From contig JAJRWI010000064.1 in the NCBI GenBank assembly GCA_024276825.1, forward strand, positions 1 to 31,093: DNA of 31,093 nucleotides, in the 5' to 3' direction. The stretch is from an archaeon (GTDB lineage Archaea; Asgardarchaeota; Thorarchaeia; Thorarchaeales; Thorarchaeaceae). Position 1 is the stretch's first letter. The number at the start of each line of letters is the position of its first letter. A program made the translations under genes and the position numbers. Below, in pieces: positions 1 to 8,414 of the stretch. The notes under the pieces are model-generated. The model made no database searches and was not told where the DNA came from. It was given only the letters and a program-made list of their open reading frames with translations.

Positions 1-100
1 CATGAGCTAATGCATTAAGGATAGCTCGCCTTGTGTCATTAAGCGAAGCTATCAATTGTATCAGCTCGTACATTGAAGCCTGAATGTCATGTTCACTCAT
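1..100 (-). CDS. 5' part of a gene running off the left edge; possible ArsR-like/winged-helix protein
   Basis: Minus-strand ATG at 100 gives MSEHDIQASMYELIQLIASLNDTRRAILNALAH with no stop to position 1 (alternative in-frame ATG at 163). L-x-x-x-x-R-R-x-I-L-x-x-L resembles the first helices of ArsR-type wHTH proteins. Divergent from the 313 gene; not in the supplied ORF track. Confidence 0.45.
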   Translation of the reverse strand, partial: MSEHDIQASMYELIQLIASLNDTRRAILNALAH

Positions 101-312
101 ATTGACTCGCAACCAACTATCAACACTGTTGTGTCTGCTATCACACATACGAATATTCCCCATTGTTGGGAAACATTAACTCTGTATTGAAAATAAGAAT
201 TGATGAGCTTTTCTATCTTTCTCAAAATCGAACATACAATGATACAGATAGATTAATAGGCTTTGAATTAGAGCTACCATTATTCATACATTACTTAATA
301 GAGGTTAAGAAA

Positions 313-879
313 ATGGGATTTGGATCCAAGTATTTCGGTTGGTTGGCCTCCTTCGGTATCGTACTTGCTCTCAGCTGGTTTCTTCTGCCTGAAGGATGGA
401 ACACCGTTGTGCAAGTATTTGCACCCCACTTTGGCAATTACATTCGCCCAACAGTCGCATTACTTAATATTCTAATTGTAAATCCTTTGTCAAACCTTTT
501 GGCAGTGGGAATTTGGGCAGCTGCTGGATTCGTTGGTGGTGTGATTGCTGGAACAAAGAAGGGTGCTTTTGTTGTTGCTCTAGTGACTTGGATTAGCTCA
601 CAAATGCTGCTTATGTTTTATGTTTACATGCTCTTTACGAGTGGTGTCAATCTTGGCACAATTCCAACAATGCCCCCTGGTGCATCCATAATTGACATTC
701 TCTCAATTCCACTTGTTAAAGACCTGATTGGCGTTGTGCTAAACACAGTCGGAGCTGCTGGCTCAGGTGGTCCTGATATTGTCGCCATCATTTTGCCAGT
801 TGTTGTCTATGTCTTTGTCCCTGTCATTATTGCTGTTATTGCAGGAATAATTGGCGCAACAATTCGTCCAAAGGAGTGA
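313..879 (+). CDS. Integral membrane protein of unknown function (about 4-5 TM, DUF5518-like glycine-rich helices)
   Basis: ORF 163..879. ATG at 313 is preceded by GAGGT (301-305), and the hydrophobic protein begins there. Helix-packing motifs GFVGGVIAG and AGIIGA. 6-bp gap to the next gene. Confidence 0.8.
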   Translation: MGFGSKYFGWLASFGIVLALSWFLLPEGWNTVVQVFAPHFGNYIRPTVALLNILIVNPLSNLLAVGIWAAAGFVGGVIAGTKKGAFVVALVTWISSQMLLMFYVYMLFTSGVNLGTIPTMPPGASIIDILSIPLVKDLIGVVLNTVGAAGSGGPDIVAIILPVVVYVFVPVIIAVIAGIIGATIRPKE

Positions 880-885
880 TTTTAA

Positions 886-2529
886 ATGAATAGAAAAGCT
901 ACATATGCAATACTCTTGACAATATTCTTTATTGTTCCACCACTGGTTGCCGCCACCTCATCAGGTTCGGTGATAGTGAGTAAGCAAGAAGACATTGGTA
1001 CTATCATCAACCAGTTTATCGCTGAAGGCGCCGAGGTCCTAGCTGTAAACATTGATCCTACAGGTGAACCGCTGGTTATCTATGGTCAGCTTGGACTTCC
1101 ATCAGATGCTCTTGATCTCACAAATGACATGTATGATGGATGTTTGGCACTTGCTGTGGTTTCAACTCGTGGTGAATTCATGGAATATGTCATGAACATG
1201 GTCGGGGGCCTATTTGGAAACCTAAGCAATCCGAATAATGTCATGGACTCAATTTCTTCGAAGCAGTTTGAAAGCGGTATGAATATGGATGATATCTTTC
1301 AGATGCTTGGGACCGATTTTGGCCTTCTACTCTCAGCATATCTTAATGTTGATGCAGCAACTTCGTCCGCTCGAATGGGACAAGTCCTTGCAAAAATCAA
1401 TTCTGAGTTTCAACTCTCATTTTCTGAACTGACTTCAATTAGAATCGATGATACCATGTTCCCACCAGATGCTGATGTTCAGCTTCCATTCGATTCTTTG
1501 GACCTCTATGTATATCAGATTGGCAATACTTTTGAGGACTCTCTGAATCTCATTATGTCTGGTCTGGACTCTTCAGGACTACTTGGAGCAATTGATATTG
1601 ATACTTTTGCAAATGCCCGCGGCTCTGCTGGCGGCCTTCTGGCAATTCCTGATATGAGCCTAATTGCTGGAATGTTTGGAAATTCAACTCCTTTGACATT
1701 TCCGATATCTGGTGATTTCTCAATCGCTCAAGATATGCCTACAGGTCCCCTCTCAATTGCAGCCATCGGGTACAATGGCGATCAAGTTGTTTCATTAGGC
1801 GACACTTCACTAAGTCTGAAATCATTGATTGGAGCAACTGGTTCTCTCACACCCCTAAGTCAAAACACGTTCATCATTGCACATCTGGCAGGCGATGTAA
1901 ACATCACTTCGGTGTCTCCAAACGACCCTCAGTACACAATGTTTGATCCTAATTATGGCTCTGTCTTCTGGAATGCCAGCAATTTGGGTTCTCAGAACGA
2001 TTATTTGATCAACTTTGAATCCGACGATTATCCCCCTGAGATTGCAATTACAAGAGCGTTCTCAATCGATTCCATAACTGTGGGTGGTTCCGTTGAGGTG
2101 ACTATCACAGTCACTAACAATGCAGATGTTGCGGTTTCTAATGTGCTTATCAGTGACACTGGACTTGCTCCTCTATATCCAACTGCTGATGTTTCAGGAG
2201 ACACAACGATGAGTGTTAGCACTCTTGCCCCTCATGAAAATGTCACAATGACCTACACAGTGACCTTCGCCAATGAGGGAGGATATCTCTTCCCCGGTGC
2301 GATTCTCTCATATGAGTATAATAGTAGGACCTTCACAAAGTCTACTCCCGATGACGGATTTACAGTCAATCCTGATGCCGGAGCAGTCGCAGGTCAGGTC
2401 ATTGGCGATGCAATGGAACAATTCCCAGAAATCACCCTTGGAATCTTTGCTCTGATTGCACTCACTGGCATTTATAGTGTACTTGGAATTATCAAAGGTC
2501 GCGGTGGAAGCGATATAGTTACAGTATAA
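886..2529 (+). CDS. Secreted, C-terminally membrane-anchored surface protein with a DUF11/BatD/TRAP-beta-like Ig domain
   Basis: Signal peptide MNRKATYAILLTIFFIVPPLVAA. Beta-sandwich TVGGSVEVTITVTNN...VSNVLISD...LAPHENVTMTYTV...GGYLFPGAILSY. C-terminal TM ITLGIFALIALTGIYSVLGII followed by KGR. AAGGAG upstream of the ATG. Confidence 0.8.
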   Translation: MNRKATYAILLTIFFIVPPLVAATSSGSVIVSKQEDIGTIINQFIAEGAEVLAVNIDPTGEPLVIYGQLGLPSDALDLTNDMYDGCLALAVVSTRGEFMEYVMNMVGGLFGNLSNPNNVMDSISSKQFESGMNMDDIFQMLGTDFGLLLSAYLNVDAATSSARMGQVLAKINSEFQLSFSELTSIRIDDTMFPPDADVQLPFDSLDLYVYQIGNTFEDSLNLIMSGLDSSGLLGAIDIDTFANARGSAGGLLAIPDMSLIAGMFGNSTPLTFPISGDFSIAQDMPTGPLSIAAIGYNGDQVVSLGDTSLSLKSLIGATGSLTPLSQNTFIIAHLAGDVNITSVSPNDPQYTMFDPNYGSVFWNASNLGSQNDYLINFESDDYPPEIAITRAFSIDSITVGGSVEVTITVTNNADVAVSNVLISDTGLAPLYPTADVSGDTTMSVSTLAPHENVTMTYTVTFANEGGYLFPGAILSYEYNSRTFTKSTPDDGFTVNPDAGAVAGQVIGDAMEQFPEITLGIFALIALTGIYSVLGIIKGRGGSDIVTV

Positions 2530-2536
2530 AACTTAA

Positions 2537-2571
2537 GCTCGGTGTTTTCACCGAGCCTCCTTTGCTTTTTC
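2537..2571 (+). terminator. Hairpin plus T-rich tail (intrinsic terminator-like)
   Basis: GCTCGGTG-TTTT-CACCGAGC (2537-2556, perfect 8-bp stem) 7 nt after the stop codon, followed by CTCCTTTGCTTTTTC. Confidence 0.65.
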
Positions 2572-2728
2572 AATCAAAGGCAAACCAACAAGATTATTCA
2601 ATAAACTAGTAACTTTAACATTGTTGGAGCATGCTGTTTAGTTTATTAGACACACTCTAAATTGTAATTATAGTTTGAATGTTAAGGTCAACAGTTGTGG
2701 TTCTTGACAAACTCTCTGAGGAATTGAA

Positions 2729-3235
2729 ATGAACAAAGACAATTCAAAGTTCAAATCTTGTGGTTGTTTTAATTGGGATATTGAAGCAATTGCACATGCA
2801 TTAAAGATTCGTGAAAAAGATGTTAAAGAGTATTTTACTGATGGACGGAAGATTTCGTTCTTACTTGAGCGACGTCTGGAATATGAGATATTAAATGGAA
2901 AACGTCCTGAAAGTGAAGGCGCTGGATACGATCTAATTGATGCTGAAAATGGTAAATGGGAAGTCAGATGTATTACTAGGTCTGGTATTTATTTTTGTCC
3001 TAGCTATATGGTGGGATCTGGCCGGCACTTCGAAGAACAGGGATTTTTGGACAAACTTGATGAAATTAAAGGATACATTGTTGCAGATGTAGTGGCATTT
3101 CCAAAGATTCCATATTGGACAATATCAAAAGAACAAGTGAAATCTTGGTGGAATGATGGAAAGCTTGGTTCAACAACAAAAATCTCTCGTGAAAAGGCGC
3201 TCAAACTTATTAATTATATATATCCTTGTTCATAA
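2729..3235 (+). CDS. Type II restriction endonuclease, RsaI-like (predicted GTAC)
   Basis: PD-(D/E)xK-type core SEGAGYDL...WEVRCIT. Blocks [20 protein letters not shown] and [14 protein letters not shown] match my recollection of R.RsaI. Converges on a DNA methyltransferase with abutting stop codons (TCATAA, 3230-3235). Confidence 0.8.
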   Translation: MNKDNSKFKSCGCFNWDIEAIAHALKIREKDVKEYFTDGRKISFLLERRLEYEILNGKRPESEGAGYDLIDAENGKWEVRCITRSGIYFCPSYMVGSGRHFEEQGFLDKLDEIKGYIVADVVAFPKIPYWTISKEQVKSWWNDGKLGSTTKISREKALKLINYIYPCS

Positions 3236-4066
3236 ATGAAAAGATATGTCACCCCTAATTCTTTCTTCAGCTTCCCTAACATAAGTTTCATCAATTTCGA
3301 AACCTATGAAATCCACCCCGAGTCTTGCGCATGCCACTGCTGTACTTCCAATTCCCATGAATGGGTCTAGCACAAGATTAGTCTTATCAAGTCCATGAAG
3401 TTTAATACACATAATTGGAAGCTTTGGCGGAAATGGCGAAGGGTGTGGTCGTTGTTTCTCTCTAGACCTTATTGTCTTATATGGGATAAACCATGTATTT
3501 CCTCTGCATCGTTTGTCTTGTTTTGCTGATTTCCATCTTCCAATGTTACTCTTGTCTTGATATGGGACTCCTATCGCAAGTCTATCCAACTCGACATTTC
3601 CTGTTTTTGTGAAGTGGAAAATATACTCAAAGCAGTCATTGATAAAACGCTTTCCTCCTATGGGCTTAAAATGCCCAACAGCTACATCGCCCTTGATGTT
3701 TGGATAACTTCCAACATCCTCCTTGTTTATAGCAATAGACTTTACCCAGATAATTGTGTTTTGAAGAACAAAGTGCTTTCTCATTCTAAAGGCCACTTCC
3801 CATGCCACCCATGGATCCTTGGGCTTCTGTCCAACATTCAGAAAAAATGACCCTTCTTCACTTAGCACTCTCTTGCATTCAAGTGCAACTTGTTCCATCC
3901 AATCCAAATATTTCTCTCTTGGAATCGTATCATCGTAACTGTTGTACTTCACCCCAATATTATAGGGTGGGGAAGTAACAATTACATCTACTTCCTCCGA
4001 ATTAAGAAGCGTTTTCATGCCCTCTATGCAATCCATGAGATAGATCTTATTTCTTTCATATTTCAT
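3230..4066 (-). CDS. N4-cytosine DNA methyltransferase, beta class, M.MjaV-like (predicted GTAC)
   Basis: N-terminal motif IV TSPPY, HPSPFP, and C-terminal motif [12 protein letters not shown]. Long blocks ([50 protein letters not shown]) match my recollection of Methanocaldococcus M.MjaV. Confidence 0.92.
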   Translation of the reverse strand: MKYERNKIYLMDCIEGMKTLLNSEEVDVIVTSPPYNIGVKYNSYDDTIPREKYLDWMEQVALECKRVLSEEGSFFLNVGQKPKDPWVAWEVAFRMRKHFVLQNTIIWVKSIAINKEDVGSYPNIKGDVAVGHFKPIGGKRFINDCFEYIFHFTKTGNVELDRLAIGVPYQDKSNIGRWKSAKQDKRCRGNTWFIPYKTIRSREKQRPHPSPFPPKLPIMCIKLHGLDKTNLVLDPFMGIGSTAVACARLGVDFIGFEIDETYVREAEERIRGDISFHL

Positions 4067-4446
4067 TTTTTTACTCCTCTTTCAATATCATCAGATATGA
4101 AGAATTGTTGATTACCATTCATTCTGCTTTAGGATGCGAAAGGGCTCTTTGCCAAATGGAATGAATTCGAAACTAAAAGACTTTAGCTCCTTATAATAAT
4201 TGTAATCACTATTATATATTCCATAATTATTTTTGCTCTTTGTGCTATCTTTAAGTCATTCGGTTAATCTAGACGATCATATTAAGAAACATATGAAAAT
4301 GCTTCAATTCAGCCAACTCCAGCGCTTCATATCTAGTTGGGGATGAATCTAATCATAAGAGATTATTACTATTCACATAGCTTGAGAACGCAAATAGAAC
4401 CAAAGCTTCTTTATCTGAAGATAGATTATTGGTGTCATGAACTAGA

Positions 4447-5373
4447 TTGCCACTAAGTGATGAACTCAACGGATATTTAAGACTCTCCAGAGCCTTCTTT
4501 GGAATCAAGCCGCCTGAAACGGGAGATCCTGATGTTGGCGTGCTGGGTATTCCTTATGATATAACCTCCAGTCATACTCCCGGTTCCAGATTTGGACCCG
4601 ATGAGATCAGAAAGTCAATGGACAGTGAGCGCTCCCATAGTTTTCCATTGACCATAGGAGTGAGCCCTCTGATTAAGGAAACCCCCTTATCCAAGCTTAT
4701 CTCAATTGAAGACATTGGTGACCTTGAGATATCCACCAGACCCCCCGAGTCGGCCTTTTACGACATATCTGATGCATGTTCAAAGCTTGCCAACCATGAA
4801 TCAAAACTGCTCTTTCTTGGTGGTGATCACTTTATCACTTATCCTATAATGAAGGGACTTACAAGGGCCGCCCCTGGTATTTGGGGCGTGATATACCTTG
4901 ACGCCCACGCTGATATGTATGAGAGCTATGATGGGCAACAGTACTCTCACGCAACAACATTGTTTAGGATTATCGATTCGCAATTGGTTAAATCTGAGAA
5001 TGTTGTTTTGTTTGATTTAAGAGCTGCTCTTCCAAGTCATCGTGAAAGGCTAGATTATCCTGAAGATATGAGTATTGATACTATTATTCAGAGGATTGGG
5101 TCAATGTGCGATATTGTCGATCATGTTCATATTTCAGTCGACATTGATGTCCTCGACCCGAGCATCGCACCCTCTGTGGCTCATCCGGAATCTGCAGGTC
5201 TTGATCTGGCACAGGTGGTAAGCATCATGAGACCTGCTTTTAAGACCAAGAAGGTAAGGTCCGCAGATATCGTTGAGTTTAACCCTCTGCTTGAGGGCAC
5301 ACGGATCACGTCAATCACAGTTCGAGATATAGTGAAAGAAGTACTGACAGGATTTGCATATTCTATTATCTAG
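4447..5373 (+). CDS. speB: Ureohydrolase (agmatinase/arginase family)
   Basis: GIPYD...PGSRFGP, DIGD, GGDH, DAHAD, SHA, DIDVLDP and VEFNP motifs. TTG start. Exact substrate is uncertain. Confidence 0.88.
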   Translation: MPLSDELNGYLRLSRAFFGIKPPETGDPDVGVLGIPYDITSSHTPGSRFGPDEIRKSMDSERSHSFPLTIGVSPLIKETPLSKLISIEDIGDLEISTRPPESAFYDISDACSKLANHESKLLFLGGDHFITYPIMKGLTRAAPGIWGVIYLDAHADMYESYDGQQYSHATTLFRIIDSQLVKSENVVLFDLRAALPSHRERLDYPEDMSIDTIIQRIGSMCDIVDHVHISVDIDVLDPSIAPSVAHPESAGLDLAQVVSIMRPAFKTKKVRSADIVEFNPLLEGTRITSITVRDIVKEVLTGFAYSII

Positions 5374-5393
5374 TTATATGTAATTGCATATAA
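5374..5393. promoter_or_regulatory. Palindromic operator candidate, copy 1
   Basis: TTATATGTAATTGCATATAA matches its own reverse complement at 18/20 positions; lies directly upstream of a TrmB gene. Confidence 0.65.
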
Positions 5394-5418
5394 ATTATTT
5401 AGAATACATTGGGAAATT

Positions 5419-5438
5419 TTATAAGTAATTGCACATAA
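5419..5438. promoter_or_regulatory. Operator candidate, copy 2, overlapping a TATA box
   Basis: TTATAAGTAATTGCACATAA is 18/20 identical to copy 1 and lies 45 bp downstream. It overlaps TTTTATAA (5417-5424), which follows GGGAAA (BRE-like) about 30 bp before TTG 5451. Confidence 0.65.
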
Positions 5439-5441
5439 ATT

Positions 5442-6182
5442 TTGAATACCTTGAACAAAAGAATACACGGGACAAATGCTGCAAGAGCAGCAGAGATACT
5501 GCGGGAGCTCGGATTTGGCATACATGAGACTGCCATCATTCTTGCTCTGAACAGGCTTGGCTCGAGCACTGTTGGCAGTCTCTCGGATGCAACGGGAATT
5601 CATCAGGCCAACCTGTATAATGTGCTAGATGGGTTAATGAATAGGGGGCTTGTTGTTCAGATCAAGAAGCGTCCTAAGACCTTTGATTTTGCACCACTGG
5701 GGCATTTGAGAGACCTTTTGATGGGAAAGATAGACCAGCTGATAATGAGTCTTGAGCAGATTCAGAATGAGGGCGACTCAAGAATCGAAGTTCCTGCGTT
5801 GATTTATACACTTAAGGGAAACACAGATGTTCAAGCAAAAATAATTTCCATGATTGGTAATGCGAACAAAGAGATTCTGCTGGTAGTGCCTGACATTAAT
5901 GAGATGAATCCTGCAATTACTGATGCATTGCATAAGGCCTCAAAGCGTAAAGTAAGGATTAGGATTGTACATAGTGGAAAACCATTAAAACTGGGTTTCA
6001 GAGTGGCACAAAGGATAAAGAAGCAAGTGATGGGTGTGGACCTTGTAGTTGACAGGTCCGTGGCACTACTTGCCATGCCTGATCTCTCAATATGCGGTTG
6101 GGCTGATATCCCAATGATTGCTTACCAGCTGCAGGAGTTTCTTGAACAGACATGGAAATTGTCACGCGAGGTTAAGAAATGA
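5442..6182 (+). CDS. TrmB-family transcriptional regulator
   Basis: N-terminal wHTH LRELGFGIHE...STVGSLSDATGIHQANLYNVLDGLMNRGLV..IKKRPK.F, then a PLD-like effector domain (MIGNANKEILLVVP, LHKASKRKVRIRIV, LVVDRSVALL). Start may be TTG 5451. ATGA overlap with the next gene. Confidence 0.9.
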   Translation: MNTLNKRIHGTNAARAAEILRELGFGIHETAIILALNRLGSSTVGSLSDATGIHQANLYNVLDGLMNRGLVVQIKKRPKTFDFAPLGHLRDLLMGKIDQLIMSLEQIQNEGDSRIEVPALIYTLKGNTDVQAKIISMIGNANKEILLVVPDINEMNPAITDALHKASKRKVRIRIVHSGKPLKLGFRVAQRIKKQVMGVDLVVDRSVALLAMPDLSICGWADIPMIAYQLQEFLEQTWKLSREVKK

Positions 6183-7546
6183 AAGAGTATGATGTTGTTG
6201 TTGCAGGGGCCGGAACTGGCGGTTCTACTACTGCATATACAATAGCAAAGAAGGGTCTCTCGGTCCTGATAATTGACAGAAAGGAGCGTGAGATGATCGG
6301 ATACAAGACATGTGGGGATGCACTTGGCTCCCATCACTTCAGGGAGTTAAAGGAGCTAGTTGGCATTCCTGACTTCCCCCGCGATATCGTAGAATATGAT
6401 GTTCATGGGATTGATATCATTGCACCTGATAGAGAGAACAGACTAAGAATGACCGGTCCCACAACGACCGGCTGGTCCTTCAATAGACACAAGATGGGAC
6501 AATGGCTCATTGAGCAAGCTGAAAAAGCTGGTGCTGAAGTCTGGGCATCAACCCACGTCAAACGACTACTCTTTGAGGATGGAAAGGTATCTGGTGTCCG
6601 CGTCAATCAAGATGGCATTGATATAGATATCAAAGCCAAGATTGTTGTCGATGCTACTGGGGCAACCGGCATGTTACGCCGTCAACTTCCTGATAATTCA
6701 CCAGTTGAAAGAGTAGTTGCCAAGGAAGATATGATGGTTGCATGGCGTGATGTATATGAGACCCCTGAGTATACCTTCGAAACTCCCGAGTTCTTGGAGA
6801 TTTACTGGGATCAAGAACAGACTTTGGGTGGCTACACATGGGTGTTTCCGCAGGGCCATAACAGGGTTAATGTGGGTCTTGGAATGATGATTCTTCCCGG
6901 ACATCCCAAACCCCAAGATATCTTCAATAGCTTCGTGCGGACAACCTTTGATTTCATGAAGACAAAGTTAGTCACACTTGACAGCAGTGGCGGAGTGGCT
7001 CCTGTCAGACGACCTATTGATACATTAGTCGATGATAACTTCATGCTTGTTGGCGATTCGGGAGCTCAGGTAAACCCGATACATGGTGGTGGGATTGGCA
7101 GTTCAATGCTCGGCGGCGCACACGCAGGAATCACTGCTGTGGAAGCCATCGAGTCAGATGACACTTCAATCCATGGTCTATGGCCATACAACCCACGATA
7201 CATGGAATCCTATGGGATTAAGCAAGCCGCCCTTCATGTGTTTCGCTGGTTCCTCCTAAACGTAACGACTGATGAGATCAACTTTGCTTTTCGTAAGGGC
7301 ATTGTGAAGGCTGATGATCTTCTTGACACCAGCATGACGGGCAAGGTGAAATTTGGAACAGGCGAAAAACTAAGACGATTGGTCTCCGGAGTTGGAAACA
7401 TTCACTTATTGAAACGCGTGGCTAAGGTCGCCAGTCTGATGGAGGACATCAAAGAAGTCTACCGCAATTATCCGCCATCGCCCGATGGCCTAGCTGAATG
7501 GAAGAATCAACTTGTGCCAATTTATGAAACCGCCAAGAAACTGTGA
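6179..7546 (+). CDS. Geranylgeranyl reductase family FAD-dependent oxidoreductase (digeranylgeranylglycerophospholipid reductase-like)
   Basis: YDVVVAGAGTGG FAD motif, KTCGDA, VDATG, the GGR signature GGYTWVFP, NVGLG, LVGDSGAQVNPIHGGGI. Confidence 0.92.
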   Translation: MKEYDVVVAGAGTGGSTTAYTIAKKGLSVLIIDRKEREMIGYKTCGDALGSHHFRELKELVGIPDFPRDIVEYDVHGIDIIAPDRENRLRMTGPTTTGWSFNRHKMGQWLIEQAEKAGAEVWASTHVKRLLFEDGKVSGVRVNQDGIDIDIKAKIVVDATGATGMLRRQLPDNSPVERVVAKEDMMVAWRDVYETPEYTFETPEFLEIYWDQEQTLGGYTWVFPQGHNRVNVGLGMMILPGHPKPQDIFNSFVRTTFDFMKTKLVTLDSSGGVAPVRRPIDTLVDDNFMLVGDSGAQVNPIHGGGIGSSMLGGAHAGITAVEAIESDDTSIHGLWPYNPRYMESYGIKQAALHVFRWFLLNVTTDEINFAFRKGIVKADDLLDTSMTGKVKFGTGEKLRRLVSGVGNIHLLKRVAKVASLMEDIKEVYRNYPPSPDGLAEWKNQLVPIYETAKKL

Positions 7547-7584
7547 TTTAGATCTAGGGAGTTATCTGCCCTTCTCATTATTGG

Positions 7585-7599
7585 CGCAATTCACCAAAT
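7585..7599 (+). repeat. 15-bp direct repeat, copy 1 (CGCAATTCACCAAAT)
   Basis: Exact second copy at 10086-10100. Confidence 0.55.
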
Positions 7600-7682
7600 C
7601 AGCATGTACCCTGCATGTGCTTCCAATGATAAAAAACAGGATTACAATCAAATAGATTAATTAATAGCAACAATAATGAATA

Positions 7683-8414
7683 TTGGGGCGGGTGTCGTTG
7701 ACTAGCATTCATGAAATGACTATAGAAGAGTTAAGAAAAAAATTGGAAAAATTGAAGGATTATGGTTGGATTCGAAGTTATAGAAGAGGTAGCACAGGAA
7801 TTGGCCATACCATGGAGGGGCTACTGGGCTTTGCAGAAAATAATCTCTCGATACCCGACTGGGGAACAGTAGAGATAAAATCGGCTCGTCGTAATTCAAC
7901 AAGTCCCATTTCACTATTAACGAAAATGCCTCGAATAATTGAAGGACTTAGTAGAATTGACCTTGTGCGTAAGCATGGGTACTGGGACACAAAACAACAA
8001 CGTTATGCACTCTATACAACATTGACTGCCACCTCGGTCAATAGCCTTGGCTGGAAACTATTTGTTAATCATAGTACTCAACGCATTGAGTTTACTCACA
8101 ATAATGAGATTGTAGCTTTTCAAGATTTCGTGCAATTGCAAAAAGCTTTGCAGAAGAAGGTGACAAATCTAGTCCTTATTATTGCAGATTCTCGAAAAGA
8201 AGGCAAATTTGAGTATTTCAACTATAATGAAGCATATATCTTGAGCGATGCAGATATAAAGAATCTATTGATCCTAATTGAGAATGGAGATATCTCTTTT
8301 GATTGGCGGATGCATCTGAAGACTACCGGTTCAGTCAGGGATCATGGTCCAGCATATAGGATGCAAGAACGAAAATTGATTAATCTCTATGCAGTGCGAA
8401 AACGTCTCATCTAA
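7683..8414 (+). CDS. Type II restriction endonuclease, MvaI/BcnI family
   Basis: GW..S.R.G.TGIG.T.E.LLG..ENN...PD....EIKS......ISLLTK, and C-terminal RDHGPAYR. True start may be ATG 7716. Converges on an MTase with a 4-bp overlap. Confidence 0.92.
   Translation: MGRVSLTSIHEMTIEELRKKLEKLKDYGWIRSYRRGSTGIGHTMEGLLGFAENNLSIPDWGTVEIKSARRNSTSPISLLTKMPRIIEGLSRIDLVRKHGYWDTKQQRYALYTTLTATSVNSLGWKLFVNHSTQRIEFTHNNEIVAFQDFVQLQKALQKKVTNLVLIIADSRKEGKFEYFNYNEAYILSDADIKNLLILIENGDISFDWRMHLKTTGSVRDHGPAYRMQERKLINLYAVRKRLI

Noticed and set aside
163-312. 50-aa N-terminal extension of the first ORF
   Set aside because: AT-rich, promoter-like sequence between divergent genes; the SD-preceded ATG at 313 is a better start.
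313-879. Possible TRAP-gamma homologue (similar size, next to a TRAP-beta-like domain)
   Set aside because: It lacks the long charged cytosolic helical hairpin of TRAP-gamma and looks like a generic Gly-rich archaeal membrane protein.
2600-2647. 9-bp inverted repeat AATAAACTA / TAGTTTATT upstream of the RsaI-like gene
   Set aside because: Short, AT-rich, 30-nt spacer; expected by chance, and no controller gene is present.
4117-4166. Possible RNA stem-loop (ATTCATTC...GAATGAAT) upstream of the MTase
   Set aside because: Weak pairing and no recognisable ncRNA or riboswitch motif.
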